Below are positions 9,587 to 19,432 of a stretch of DNA of 64,000 nucleotides, in pieces. Below the pieces are notes generated by a model. It was not told where the DNA came from. It made no database searches and worked only from the letters and a program-made list of their open reading frames with translations. Each line of letters begins with the position of its first letter. The stretch's first letter is position 1. The translations under genes were made by a program, and so were the position numbers. Origin of the DNA: Thermofilaceae archaeon (lineage in GTDB: Archaea > Thermoproteota > Thermoprotei > Thermofilales > Thermofilaceae); assembly GCA_038861545.1 (NCBI GenBank), contig JAWCCZ010000005.1, positions 1-64,000 on the forward strand, written 5' to 3'.

Positions 9587-10525
9587 TTATTTAGATATCT
9601 GACTTAACTCTACTAATTTAAGTAATCTACTCCAGTTCTCTTCTATATCCTGCTTTAGCTGATCTAGCAACCATTTATTTTCTGGTGCTAACAAATGACG
9701 GAAACGACCTTGCAGTTTTAGGTATTCTTCTACTGGTTTAGGAGTTTTTACAGGTACAGTAATCCTATAGGTCCCGTTATCATATTCGTATAAAGGCCAT
9801 ACTCTGGTGAGAACCGCTAACCTGGATAGCTCAATAGATTTATCGGTATCGCTGCGCCAACCTGTTGGACATGGACTAAAGTAGTGGAGAACTGTAGGTC
9901 CTTCTACCGAAGCTGCTTTCACGATTTTATTGTACATATCTGTGGGATACGCCGGGTTTAACGTTGCTGCATAGTTTACGCCATGCGCAATCGCGATCTC
10001 GATTAAGTTCTTTTTCCTTTCAAGCTTGCCTGGGATCAGTTTGCCAGCAGGGCTTGTAGTAGTCGCAGCTCCTCTAGGTGTTGCCCCGCTTCGCTGGATT
10101 CCTGTGTTCATGTACGCCTCGTTGTCGTAGCATATGTAGATCATATCATGCCCTCTCTCAAGGGCTCCGCTTAACGCTTGAATGCCTATATCGAACGTTC
10201 CACCATCACCACCGAATACGACTACTTTAGGTCGCTTAATCCCTGTTTTCTTTTCGAGGATTTTAAATGCTGCCTCTATACCGGCCGCTGTTGCCGCTGC
10301 GTTCTCAAACGCATTGTGAACCCAAGGGACTCTCCAGCTAGTGTAGGGGAAGATAGTTGTAGCTACTTCCAGACAACCAGTGGCATTTACTGCTATCGAG
10401 TTTGGAACAGCTTTGAGTACCATCCTAACCAGTATTGGTGCACCACATCCAGCGCAAAGCCTATGACCAGGTGCGAAGAATTCCTCCCTAGGAATCTCCT
10501 TTATAGCTCTTATTTGAGTAACCAT
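9587..10525 (-). CDS. porB: Pyruvate/2-oxoacid:ferredoxin oxidoreductase beta subunit
   Basis: GHRLCAGCG, TPP-binding GGDGGTFDIG...YDNEAYMNTG and PCPTGW. Confidence 0.95.
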   Translation of the reverse strand: MVTQIRAIKEIPREEFFAPGHRLCAGCGAPILVRMVLKAVPNSIAVNATGCLEVATTIFPYTSWRVPWVHNAFENAAATAAGIEAAFKILEKKTGIKRPKVVVFGGDGGTFDIGIQALSGALERGHDMIYICYDNEAYMNTGIQRSGATPRGAATTTSPAGKLIPGKLERKKNLIEIAIAHGVNYAATLNPAYPTDMYNKIVKAASVEGPTVLHYFSPCPTGWRSDTDKSIELSRLAVLTRVWPLYEYDNGTYRITVPVKTPKPVEEYLKLQGRFRHLLAPENKWLLDQLKQDIEENWSRLLKLVELSQISK

Positions 10526-10526
10526 T

Positions 10527-11726
10527 TTATCTCACCCCTAACCAAATTTGCCTTTCTTTAACTTCGCCAGACCTTGTCGTTTCTAAAGCAATGCAGAACG
10601 CTGTTTCAGCCTGATCAGCTGTAAAGTCCCTGCCACCTAACCCATATACTGCATTAATTAACAGGGGCCTCTCTTTCTCGTCATAAAGCGCAGAAGCTAC
10701 ATCCATTAGTAATGGCGCCCCTGGGCTTCCGAAACTATAGCTTCTATCCATTACGACAACCGACTTAACGTTTCTTAATACTTTAGCTAATTCGTCCCTT
10801 GGGAAAGGCCTATATAACGTTAAACTTACAACACCCACTTTTTTACCTTCTCCCCTAAGTTTTCTTGCAACGAACCTGGCAGTTCCAGCTGAAGACCCTA
10901 GTATAACTAGGGCAGCCTCTGCGTCCTCCATCCCATACGTTTTAATAGGTTCGTAATTTCTTCCGCTTAGTCTACTATACTCTCGAAGAATGTTGAGAAT
11001 TGTCGGGTAGCTGTTGTTAAAAGCTTCAGCTTGTGCTCTTTTGAATTCCATATAGTAGTCGTATAGCACTAAAGGCCCGTACGTCATGGGATTCCTTATG
11101 TTTATCGGGTTAACCAATTTCCTAGATGGTAAGAAAGCCCTGACACTTTCGTCATTCAAAACATACAGTGACTCAACGCTGTGACTTAGTATAAAACCAT
11201 CCAGGTTGACTATCGTAGGGAGTAGAACACGTTCGTCCTCAGCTATTTTAAAAGCTTGTATAGTAAGATCGTAAGCTTCTTGAACATTTTCGGCGAAAAG
11301 CTGAATCCAACCTGCGTCGCGTACAGCATAGGCGTCGTCGTGGCTACAATGGATGTTTATCGGTGCCGAGAGAGCGCGATTCGCTAAAGCCATTACTATA
11401 GGAGTTCTCATAGCTGATGCTATCCATAGTACCTCCCACATTAGTGCCAGGCCTTGACTAGCCGTAGCTGTGAAGACCCTAGCGCCAGCCAATGACGCTC
11501 CTATGCATGAAGATAAAGCCGAATGTTCGCTCTCAACAGCGATGTAAGCCGCGTCTAACTCGCCATTATTAACATATTCGGCAATTCTTTCCACGATAAT
11601 TGTTTGCGGCGTGATTGGATAAGCCGCTACTACATCCACGTTTGACTGCTTTACTGCATATGCAACTGCCTCGTTACCACTCATTCCAATTCTAGCTTGC
11701 CTTTCAATTTGCACGCTCATAGCCAT
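10527..11726 (-). CDS. porA: Pyruvate/2-oxoacid:ferredoxin oxidoreductase alpha subunit
   Basis: YPITPQT, VESEHSA, TATASQGL and YGLGGRD. Start set to ATG 11726. Confidence 0.95.
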   Translation of the reverse strand: MAMSVQIERQARIGMSGNEAVAYAVKQSNVDVVAAYPITPQTIIVERIAEYVNNGELDAAYIAVESEHSALSSCIGASLAGARVFTATASQGLALMWEVLWIASAMRTPIVMALANRALSAPINIHCSHDDAYAVRDAGWIQLFAENVQEAYDLTIQAFKIAEDERVLLPTIVNLDGFILSHSVESLYVLNDESVRAFLPSRKLVNPINIRNPMTYGPLVLYDYYMEFKRAQAEAFNNSYPTILNILREYSRLSGRNYEPIKTYGMEDAEAALVILGSSAGTARFVARKLRGEGKKVGVVSLTLYRPFPRDELAKVLRNVKSVVVMDRSYSFGSPGAPLLMDVASALYDEKERPLLINAVYGLGGRDFTADQAETAFCIALETTRSGEVKERQIWLGVR

Positions 11727-11731
11727 GCTAC

Positions 11732-12016
11732 CTACACCTCTTCGGGAATCATTTTGATAGCTTTTGCTGGACACTCGTTAACGCATATGCCGCATCCTTT
11801 ACAATAATCGTAGTTGATCTCTACTCTATCATCATCATGTCGCGTTATCGCTGGTTCTGGGCAGTACGTCCAGCATAAGAGGCACTTAATGCATTTAGTT
11901 TGATCAATAATAGGCTTATGCGCTCTCCAATCACCGGTTCTATATCGCACCGAAGTTCCAGGCTCAGAAATTACGCATCCTATACCCAAATCCCTCCAGC
12001 TCAACAAACTAGACAA
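11732..12016 (-). CDS. porD: Pyruvate/2-oxoacid:ferredoxin oxidoreductase delta subunit (2x[4Fe-4S])
   Basis: TGDWR, CIKCLLCWTYCP and YCKGCGICVNECP. Confidence 0.95.
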   Translation of the reverse strand: MSSLLSWRDLGIGCVISEPGTSVRYRTGDWRAHKPIIDQTKCIKCLLCWTYCPEPAITRHDDDRVEINYDYCKGCGICVNECPAKAIKMIPEEV

Positions 12017-12572
12017 TTTTACTCACCCCCTCATATGCTTTCTTTATAGCTTCGACGTTCCTTTCAAAAACTGTGGGGCTCTTAAACCTCTCCTTAACCG
12101 TGTTCAAAACGCTTTCAAGCTTAACTAACCCTGCAGCTCTGATGAAAGCTCCCAGCATGGGCGTATTGTAAAGCGGATTTCCGAATACATTCATTGCTAT
12201 TGTATAAGCATCAACACCCCACAAACTTAACCCAAGTTTCTTTACTCTCTCTAGTAGACCAGCTTCTATAACTTTTGCATTAACAACCAAAAGACCAGCT
12301 GTTTTAATACCTGAAAGTATAAGGTCATACAACTTCAAGAGGCTGGGATCTATTACAACTACTGCATCTGGGTTATAGATCCCAAAATGTTGTTCAAGAG
12401 GCTCATCAGAGATTCTAGTGTATGCTCTGACAGGAGCCCCGCGTCTTTCAGGTCCGAATTCGGGAGCATGATATACATACTTCCCCTCCAGTATAGCAGC
12501 CCTTGCCAGTAAGTCACTCGCTGTTACGACGCCTTGACCCCCCCTACCATGCCATCGAACTTCATATATCAT
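12009..12572 (-). CDS. porG: Pyruvate/2-oxoacid:ferredoxin oxidoreductase gamma subunit
   Basis: EVRWHGRGGQG, FGPERRGAPV and NTPMLGA. Start set to ATG 12572. Confidence 0.95.
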   Translation of the reverse strand: MIYEVRWHGRGGQGVVTASDLLARAAILEGKYVYHAPEFGPERRGAPVRAYTRISDEPLEQHFGIYNPDAVVVIDPSLLKLYDLILSGIKTAGLLVVNAKVIEAGLLERVKKLGLSLWGVDAYTIAMNVFGNPLYNTPMLGAFIRAAGLVKLESVLNTVKERFKSPTVFERNVEAIKKAYEGVSKIV

Positions 12573-12681
12573 CTCTTCTCCACTACCCCAGGGTTGCGAT
12601 GTATATAATTCTTGACCCGTGATCTTATAGTTTAGCAATTAATCAAAGAATTTTTAAACTACTATAGGATGATTCTAAACT

Positions 12682-13122
12682 GTGGAGGAAAAGGTCTTAG
12701 AAGAGCTTATGGCCACTATAGCACAGTTCCAAAGAGACGTAGAAAAAACCTTCGAAAAAATTTGGACGAAACTAGCTACCGAGCGTCCTTTAAAGCTTGG
12801 GGCATGGGAACCTCCCGCTGATGTCATCGATAAGGATAACGAAATAATTATTTACGTTGACGTGCCAGGGTATTCAAAGGATGACGTAAAGGTGAGAGTG
12901 ACCGACGATACTATTGAAGTTATGGCCGAAAGAAAAGTCGAGGCCGCGACAGAGGGTAAATATATTTTAAAGCAGAGGGTTCGAGAGGTGCTCTATAAGC
13001 GAATTGATCTTCCAATAAAAGTACGACCTGAGCAAGCTAAGGCTAAGATGGAAAATGGAGTACTCGAAATAAGGATACCTAGGAGCGAGGCAACCCGCGA
13101 GGTACAGATAATTGTAGAATAA
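12682..13122 (+). CDS. Small heat shock protein Hsp20
   Basis: EPPADV, VDVPG and AKMENGVLEIRIP alpha-crystallin motifs. Confidence 0.93.
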   Translation: MEEKVLEELMATIAQFQRDVEKTFEKIWTKLATERPLKLGAWEPPADVIDKDNEIIIYVDVPGYSKDDVKVRVTDDTIEVMAERKVEAATEGKYILKQRVREVLYKRIDLPIKVRPEQAKAKMENGVLEIRIPRSEATREVQIIVE

Positions 13123-13127
13123 CTTTT

Positions 13128-13589
13128 ATGGCTTTACCCAATCCTAAATATAGGAAGCTAGCAGTGGGTGGAACTTTTTCCCTCCTGCATTCTGGACACC
13201 GATACCTTCTGAGATCTACCCTCAACTTAGGTAACGAGGTTTTAATCGGGGTTACCAGCGATGAATACATTCGTGAAATGAATAAAAACCACCCTGTAGA
13301 ACCCTATGAGGTACGCGCCCTAAGAATAGTTAGGTACTGCCTCAGAATAGCTAAACCTGGTCAGCGAATAATAGTTATGCCTATTGATGATTTTGCTGGT
13401 CCAGTAAAATATGATCCTTCTATCGAAGCTTTAATAGCTACTGAAGAGACTTTTACTAATGCTCTACGTATAGCACTAGCTAGAAGGGGGATGCCGCTTG
13501 AGATTACCGTTGTGGAGCCTGTACTAGACACCGATGGAGAACCTATCTCTAGCACGAAAATTTGGAACAAGCTTCTCTCGTATACTTAA
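13128..13589 (+). CDS. coaD: Phosphopantetheine adenylyltransferase (archaeal CoaD)
   Basis: VGGTFSLLHSGH, IGVTSD and ISSTKI motifs. Confidence 0.85.
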   Translation: MALPNPKYRKLAVGGTFSLLHSGHRYLLRSTLNLGNEVLIGVTSDEYIREMNKNHPVEPYEVRALRIVRYCLRIAKPGQRIIVMPIDDFAGPVKYDPSIEALIATEETFTNALRIALARRGMPLEITVVEPVLDTDGEPISSTKIWNKLLSYT

Positions 13590-13822
13590 CTGTGCGCCGA
13601 AAGCGATTGGCGCGTATAGCGCGATGCTAATCGCATAAGGCATAGGTACCAAGCGATAACCCAAGCAACATAGATCACTAAGCCTAACAACGAGCGCAAC
13701 CAGCTCTCCGTTAAAGTTTTGAAAACTATACCTTCAACCATATAGAATATAACGATTAATGACAGCCAAGTAATAATGATGAAAAAGGATAAAATTTTAA
13801 GCGACTTAATCGTAGTGTTCAC
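13586..13822 (-). CDS. Small two-TM membrane protein
   Basis: Two hydrophobic helices; directly abuts the upstream glycosyltransferase gene. Confidence 0.6.
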   Translation of the reverse strand: MNTTIKSLKILSFFIIITWLSLIVIFYMVEGIVFKTLTESWLRSLLGLVIYVAWVIAWYLCLMRLASRYTRQSLSAHS

Positions 13823-14824
13823 CTAAGGAATAAAGAAAACGGATATAACAGCCAGGGAGCTGCTAATCATGCCTAGCAGTACTAATCTTTTGACTATCTC
13901 CTGCTCAGGCATTGATCCATCAATGGCTAATATTAACCGAGTTAAAGATAACGGTGCATTCTGGTCGGTAGACGGGGCTAACCTATAATCGGACAAAACT
14001 TCTACAGGCCTTCCCCTCATTTCCCTATGCTCTTTTAACCCCCCTACTGAGCCTATTACTAGTATGCCATTTATAATATGCGGTAAAAGCGCTATTAACG
14101 CAACGAACTCAAGGTTAAGAATTACTGCCGCGACGCCTATATATGCTCCTATAAGCAAGCTACCGGAGTCTCCGTTCAATATCCGAGCTGGCCATCTGTT
14201 GTAGGGTAAATAACCTATTAGTGCTCCCACTAAAGGAGCCAGCAATAGGGCAGAATCCCAACCCCCCTTTAAACAAGCTCCGACGGTTAAAGCTACTGCT
14301 GCTGAAAATGTTGTAGCTGGCATCACACCGTTAAACACGTCTAACATATTAATTACATTAGCAGGCCCTGCTACAGCAAGAGGTAAAAGAAGCCAATAGA
14401 TCACTGTTATCCTAAGTTTACCAAGAAAGGGAACCAGAGGTCTACCAAAAACTATCTGATCTGGCCAGATAAAGTGTGCGATAAATACTGGTGCAAGCGT
14501 AAACACGGTAAGTGCTGTCTTAACTCGTGCTCTTAAAACTTTAAAATCATCAACAATACCTATCATGAACGCGGTTGTAAATGTTGCAACTACAGTGAAG
14601 ACCCTCGGTAACAACATTGGCTCGAGCAGCATAACTAGCGATGAGGCTGAAAGCATTGCAATAAATAGAGCTACCCCTCCAGAGTAAGGAACTAGTGGGC
14701 GCCCTGGTTTATGCACATCTGGTCTTACATGGTTGATCGTACGCATTTTTTTCGCTATCAGCGGCGTTACATGATAACCAGTCAAGCATGAGATGGCTGC
14801 TATTGCAACCCACTTTAAAGTCAT
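13823..14824 (-). CDS. UDP-GlcNAc:dolichol-phosphate GlcNAc-1-P transferase (AglH/GPT, MraY family)
   Basis: Multi-TM; DVHKPGRP.VPYSGG, GIVDD, NVINMLDVFNG and NRWPARILNGDSG. Confidence 0.88.
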   Translation of the reverse strand: MTLKWVAIAAISCLTGYHVTPLIAKKMRTINHVRPDVHKPGRPLVPYSGGVALFIAMLSASSLVMLLEPMLLPRVFTVVATFTTAFMIGIVDDFKVLRARVKTALTVFTLAPVFIAHFIWPDQIVFGRPLVPFLGKLRITVIYWLLLPLAVAGPANVINMLDVFNGVMPATTFSAAVALTVGACLKGGWDSALLLAPLVGALIGYLPYNRWPARILNGDSGSLLIGAYIGVAAVILNLEFVALIALLPHIINGILVIGSVGGLKEHREMRGRPVEVLSDYRLAPSTDQNAPLSLTRLILAIDGSMPEQEIVKRLVLLGMISSSLAVISVFFIP

Positions 14825-15798
14825 AGCCTATCACTCAGAATAGCCGCCGCCACTATAGGAAAGATTAGGGTAGCATCACCGGGTACAGTTACATGCTTAG
14901 CCACGGGCTTCAGCTTTCCCCAGCTTATGGCCTCCCTCGTCCTTGCACCGCTTAAGCTACCGTCCAGCTCAGTGGCTGTAGTTAAATAGACAGCATAATC
15001 CAATCCACCTTTAAACTGTGCCCACCATATTACGTGATGCTTGCTGATGCCTCCGCCTAAGATTATAGCGCCCAACCTTTCAGAATTAAAGATTAAATCA
15101 GCAATTCTAGCCATATCTCCTATCACGTCAAGCTCTAAAGAAAACCCCTTTGAGCGCCCCACTTCATTAAACGTGTAAATGGCTGTCCCAAAAGCAGAGT
15201 CAATAACACCAGGAGAAAAAACGGATATACCGTTAGTAGCAGCTGCAGCTAATATTGAATTCACATCAGAAATTTTTACGCCAGCTTCTCTAGCAAGCTC
15301 GCTGGGTGTCCACTTCGATTTCCTTGTAACTAGCTCTTCGAGAAGCCTATGGACAAACTCTTCAATTATGGGACCATAGCTATCCCTAGGCACTAGCACA
15401 TTGCCTAGTCTATGTATGTTGAGGTCACCGAGCATTACATCATCCATCTCGAAATCTCCCTTATAATAAGCACCTCCAAGAGCTCTAGCAATATCATGAT
15501 CAAATGCTCCACCAGTGGTAATTATTGCGTCTACAAACCCCTCCTTTGCTAGTGCGGCTATCACTCCCCTAAGTCCTGTAGCTACAATATTCGCGGTAAA
15601 AGCTAAGAAGACTGTACAATGCTCATCTTTTACCATCTCTCTAATAACCCCTACAGCCTTTGACACATACTTAGAGCTAAATCCCCCCATCTTCTCATAC
15701 AGTTTGATAAGCTTCGAGGAACAGGTAGCTAATTCCCTTAAATCATATGAATTTATATCCTCTACACGCTCTCTTAGTAACTCCTCTCTTTTCGACAG
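14821..15798 (-). CDS. dys: Deoxyhypusine synthase; extended upstream to a probable CTG start at 15798
   Basis: FTANIVATGLRG, ITTGG..DHD, LGGGISKHH and DGSLSGARTREAISWGK. In-frame upstream segment LSKREELLRERVEDI...LYEKMGGF resembles crenarchaeal DHS N-termini. Confidence 0.93.
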   Translation of the reverse strand: MSKREELLRERVEDINSYDLRELATCSSKLIKLYEKMGGFSSKYVSKAVGVIREMVKDEHCTVFLAFTANIVATGLRGVIAALAKEGFVDAIITTGGAFDHDIARALGGAYYKGDFEMDDVMLGDLNIHRLGNVLVPRDSYGPIIEEFVHRLLEELVTRKSKWTPSELAREAGVKISDVNSILAAAATNGISVFSPGVIDSAFGTAIYTFNEVGRSKGFSLELDVIGDMARIADLIFNSERLGAIILGGGISKHHVIWWAQFKGGLDYAVYLTTATELDGSLSGARTREAISWGKLKPVAKHVTVPGDATLIFPIVAAAILSDRL

Positions 15799-15804
15799 AC
15801 TCCT

Positions 15805-16275
15805 TCACCTTTCATACAAATAAATCCGATGTGACCTTCCCCCATCTTTAAAATCTTCAACCCTTTTCGGTTTCCATCCAGTTATCTCAAAATCATGAGA
15901 AATTATTCTAGCTCCCAACTTAGCTTCTTTCTCCAGCTTTGGCCTCAACCTCTCGTTAACCGACGTAAGAAGGTACATGAAGACTACATCCGCCGGGGGA
16001 AGCTTTAACTCAAAGAAATTCCCTTGAATCACTAGAACTTTGTTCTGAACACCTTCACGAATAATGTTGCGCACAGCTCTACTTACCAGATCACTCCGGA
16101 GCTCGATTCCTATCGCCCGCGCGCCAAATTCTTTAGCTGCTAATACCAAAACTCTACCATCCCCACAACCTAGATCGAGCAAAACTTCACCGGGCTTCAG
16201 CTCAGCAAGCCTCAACATCTCCTTAACCACTTCGATTGGTGTCGGTACAAATGGAACCGATACATAATAGCTCAT
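15805..16275 (-). CDS. SAM-dependent methyltransferase, aKMT-like protein-lysine methyltransferase
   Basis: VPFVPTP, LDLGCGDGR, FMYLLTSVNERLRPKL and SHDF motifs. Confidence 0.85.
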   Translation of the reverse strand: MSYYVSVPFVPTPIEVVKEMLRLAELKPGEVLLDLGCGDGRVLVLAAKEFGARAIGIELRSDLVSRAVRNIIREGVQNKVLVIQGNFFELKLPPADVVFMYLLTSVNERLRPKLEKEAKLGARIISHDFEITGWKPKRVEDFKDGGRSHRIYLYER

Positions 16276-16345
16276 AACCCCTCAAAGGTTAAATGCAAAG
16301 CCTGGATAAAATCTTCGCTTCTATATTGACTTTAAGAACGTTAGC

Positions 16346-16455
16346 TGGCGCCGGGGCCGGGATTCGAACCCGGGCGGCCGGTAAGCCAACGGGTATTTAC
16401 AAATAACCTTATTTTAGCAACCCGTCCCCTTAGACCTTCTCTCGGGCACCCCGGC
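16346..16455 (-). tRNA. tRNA-Ser(GCT), 20-nt intron at 37/38 (16395-16414), CCA encoded
   Basis: Cloverleaf with GCCGGGG/CCCCGGC acceptor stem, ACGGG/CCCGT anticodon stem, long variable arm and TTCGAAT T-loop. Splice helix UUGC/GUAA. Confidence 0.93.
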
Positions 16456-16629
16456 GTTGCATAAGTACGCCGACTAGGAGGAATATATTGTTTACTTCGC
16501 GCAACAACCCTGCTTGACAGCCAACTTTCACTAAAATTTCCTGTAGTCGTACTCAACAATCTGAAAAACGTTAAAGTCAGAGAAAATGAATCCTACAATG
16601 CTTAAATACCTAAGTTAAAAGCATTGAAA

Positions 16630-16725
16630 GGGCCCGTGGCCTAGCTTGGAAAGGCGTCGACCCGTTAACGGGGCGCAAGCCTGCGGAGCCGGAGAACCCG
16701 GGTTCAAGTCCCGGCGGGCCCGCCA
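16630..16725 (+). tRNA. tRNA-Arg(GCG), 19-nt intron at non-canonical 29/30 (16660-16678), CCA encoded
   Basis: Removing ACCCGTTAACGGGGCGCAA restores stem TCGGC/GCCGG and loop CT-GCG-GA. BHB-like motif GCGT/GCGC with 3-nt bulges CG|A and AA|G. Confidence 0.95.
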
Positions 16726-16783
16726 CACATACAATAGCGTGCAAACTCTAAGCCTTGCCATTGTCAAATTATTTTTATCTAGG

Positions 16784-17098
16784 CTACTTTGATCTTAGAG
16801 GATATCTTCGAATGTAGCCACATCGGAGACATGTCACCACTATTTTAGCGCCTCCGCATCCTTTTTTCACCCTAATACGAGCCGTATAACCTGGAATAAG
16901 AGGTATCTTGCATTTTCTACAGTACCGTCTCTTTACTTCTCTAGGAAGCTTAAGATGGGCTTTAGCTGCTATCCTGAAAGCTAACTGTACGTAACGTTTA
17001 GCCAATTGTTCATCCTTCCTAAGAACTTTATCGGCTAAATCTAGGAGGATTTGAATCCTTTCCCTGGCTATGCGTTTTATTTCATAGCGTGAGACCAC
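16784..17098 (-). CDS. rnp4: Ribonuclease P protein component 4 (Rpp21)
   Basis: IARERIQIL, AKRYV, KRRYCRKC and VTCLRCGYIRRYP. Confidence 0.93.
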   Translation of the reverse strand: MVSRYEIKRIARERIQILLDLADKVLRKDEQLAKRYVQLAFRIAAKAHLKLPREVKRRYCRKCKIPLIPGYTARIRVKKGCGGAKIVVTCLRCGYIRRYPLRSK

Positions 17099-17180
17099 AC
17101 TGCTACACCTCGAGTCTAGCCCTCCTGCTTAGGGGTTCAACGGTAATAGTTATAACCCCTCTCTTTTCAAATAGAGTGAA

Positions 17181-17274
17181 GCCGGGGTGGCCGAGTGGTC
17201 GAAGGCGGCGGGCTGCAGTGGTGGTGTCGTGTAGAAACCCGCTGTTAACCCGGGTTCGAATCCCGGCCCCGGCT
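17181..17274 (+). tRNA. tRNA-Cys(GCA), 18-nt intron at 37/38 (17219-17236)
   Basis: GCGGG/CCCGC anticodon stem, loop CT-GCA-G|A, splice helix CUGC/GUAG, U73 discriminator. The 7-nt variable region TGTTAAC is a little long. No encoded CCA. Confidence 0.93.
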
Positions 17275-17356
17275 CTATTCTAGACTTTGATATTTAATTT
17301 ACAACTGTAAAAAATAAATTTAGTCCCTATTTTCTTAAAAAGATAAATTCCAGGCT

Positions 17357-19267
17357 TTACATTCTGTGAGGGGGCTCCATCCCCAGCATCTTCATTCCAT
17401 TTTCCAGGGTTACAGCTACCATTTCCACAAGCGCCAACCTTGCTTGAGCCTTTTCCCTCGGTTCTGCTTTAAGTATAGGCACTTTATCGTAATAGCTGTT
17501 GAAAGCTAATGCAAGCTCATTCAGGTATTGCGTCAGAGACTCTATCTTCAGCTCATCGGCGGCTTTAGCGACTATTTCAGGAAGGTAACTAATAAGTAAA
17601 AGTAGCTTTCTTTCCTCCTCGCCAAAAGAGCCTTCAGACACGTCTGGTTTCAGATCACCAGCCTTCCGGAGAATGGACCTAGCTCTTACATAAGCATACT
17701 GGATGAATGGACCACTGTTACGCTCGAAATCTAGAATCTTCTCCCACTTGAATGAGAGTGGGCGGAGGGGTGAGATGCTTAGTATTGCATACTTCACCGC
17801 TCCAATTCCTACTCTTTCAGCTACTTCTCTGTTTGCTTCAAGCTCGAGACCTCTTTTAATCAGCTCTTCGTTAGCTCTTTTAACCGCTTCATCGATTAGC
17901 TCATCAGCGGACACGTATCTGCCTCTTCTACCAGACATCTTTACTCCCGGCAATGTCACAAGCTCGTAGGAGAAGTGAATCATGTTCTCAGCTTCCTGAA
18001 CATAGCCAAGCGTGTAAAGTGCTAATCTAACCTGAATTTGCTCAAGAGCTTGTTGGGCAGCTATGACATTCACTACTCTGTCTACTCCTTGCTTAAATTT
18101 CCAAATCGAATATGCAATATCCCTAGTCGCATAAAGCGTGGTCCCATCGGAACGCATAAGAGTCAAAGGAGTAACAGTGAAGTTCTCCGGTATACCGAGC
18201 TTCTTCCTAACCTCGGGGTCTTCGGCAAGTTTATCTGCCTCAAATATGATAGCTCCCCGAGTCTCACGAGCATAGCCAGTGGCTTTCAATTGTTTAATAA
18301 TGTCATCCGATAACCCGTTCCAAACTGTAATATCGCTCTCCCAATCCCATTTATCGAAGGAGATACCTAGTCTGCTTAACGTTTGCTTAAAGCCCTCGAT
18401 ACAAAGCTCAGCTACTCCTCTAACCAGCTTTACAGCCCATTTCTCGCCTACCTCGTAGGCTCGATTTATCTCTAAAATCCTAGTTGAAGGATTCTCCATC
18501 CTCATAGCCTCAGATAATACGGAGAACAACTCGTCATCCTTCTCCATAAGTTCTTTCGAAACCCATAACCAATCCGAAAGCTCTCTGTCAATCTCGGCAC
18601 GCTTCGCTGGATCTTCTTCCTTTTTTCTCCTCTCGTCTAACTCCCGGACATTTACAATTGCGTTGACAATCGCATAGATCAATCCTATGTAGTGATCCGG
18701 CTTCACATTCCTCTTAACTTGTTTTACCTTTTCGTAGCCATAAGCCGCATAAGCCATCTGTAAACCGACATCATCCACGTAGAAGTGTGTTTCAACCGTG
18801 TGCCCTCGACCTTTAAGTATCCTGGCTAACGCATCACCTAACACTGCATTCCTTAGATGCCCGATGTGAAGCGGATGAACGGGGTTCGCGCTAGTATGCT
18901 CGATAATCACCCACATTGGAGAAGGGTGCGGATTAAACCCGTACATATCGCTCATGCTGGTAACTACATCCCACACTAGTTTACCATATAGATTAGGCTC
19001 TATGAATATGTTAATGTATCCTCCTTCACTTTTCACATCCATAATATAACGCGAAAAAATTCTAACTTTCCCAACTATTTCGTTAGCCATTTTTACTGCT
19101 ATCTTTTCATCTCTAAAAAGTCTGTACAAGTTTACTGTCAGATCTCCTCGATCAGGAGGAGCTTTCTCAACAGAAATGCTAGACTCTGCTGGCAGTTCTG
19201 GTATTGCTTGGCTAAAGGCATTTCTGACTTCCTCCTCTAACACTTGGTACGCACTGTAGATTTTCAT
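17357..19267 (-). CDS. argS: Arginine--tRNA ligase
   Basis: EHTSANPVHPLHIGHLRNA, RSDGTTLYATRDIAY, KMSGRRG and SGPFIQYAYVRARSIL. Confidence 0.97.
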   Translation of the reverse strand: MKIYSAYQVLEEEVRNAFSQAIPELPAESSISVEKAPPDRGDLTVNLYRLFRDEKIAVKMANEIVGKVRIFSRYIMDVKSEGGYINIFIEPNLYGKLVWDVVTSMSDMYGFNPHPSPMWVIIEHTSANPVHPLHIGHLRNAVLGDALARILKGRGHTVETHFYVDDVGLQMAYAAYGYEKVKQVKRNVKPDHYIGLIYAIVNAIVNVRELDERRKKEEDPAKRAEIDRELSDWLWVSKELMEKDDELFSVLSEAMRMENPSTRILEINRAYEVGEKWAVKLVRGVAELCIEGFKQTLSRLGISFDKWDWESDITVWNGLSDDIIKQLKATGYARETRGAIIFEADKLAEDPEVRKKLGIPENFTVTPLTLMRSDGTTLYATRDIAYSIWKFKQGVDRVVNVIAAQQALEQIQVRLALYTLGYVQEAENMIHFSYELVTLPGVKMSGRRGRYVSADELIDEAVKRANEELIKRGLELEANREVAERVGIGAVKYAILSISPLRPLSFKWEKILDFERNSGPFIQYAYVRARSILRKAGDLKPDVSEGSFGEEERKLLLLISYLPEIVAKAADELKIESLTQYLNELALAFNSYYDKVPILKAEPREKAQARLALVEMVAVTLENGMKMLGMEPPHRM

Positions 19268-19336
19268 TGCTACCTCACCGATATTAATGTTAATACTTAT
19301 AAGCTTGGCCTTACCGGAGGTTTAGAAGAACCACTA

Positions 19337-19432
19337 GGGCCCGTGGCCTAGCTTGGAAAGGCGTCGACCCGTTAACGGGGCGCAAGCCTTCTAAGCCGGA
19401 GAACCCGGGTTCAAGTCCCGGCGGGCCCGCCA
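19337..19432 (+). tRNA. tRNA-Arg(TCT), 19-nt intron at 29/30 (19367-19385), CCA encoded
   Basis: Identical to the gene at 16630-16725 except for the anticodon loop CT-TCT-AA. Confidence 0.95.

Noticed and set aside
15805-15807. In-frame TGA between methyltransferase and DHS as a selenocysteine codon
   Set aside because: It falls at the natural end of the methyltransferase, not at a Cys-equivalent site. No SECIS-like hairpin was seen, and SD plus CTG explains the arrangement more simply.
16341-17283. ORFs 16341-16559 and 17089-17283
   Set aside because: They run through the tRNA-Ser and tRNA-Cys genes and are artefacts of GC-rich tRNA sequence.
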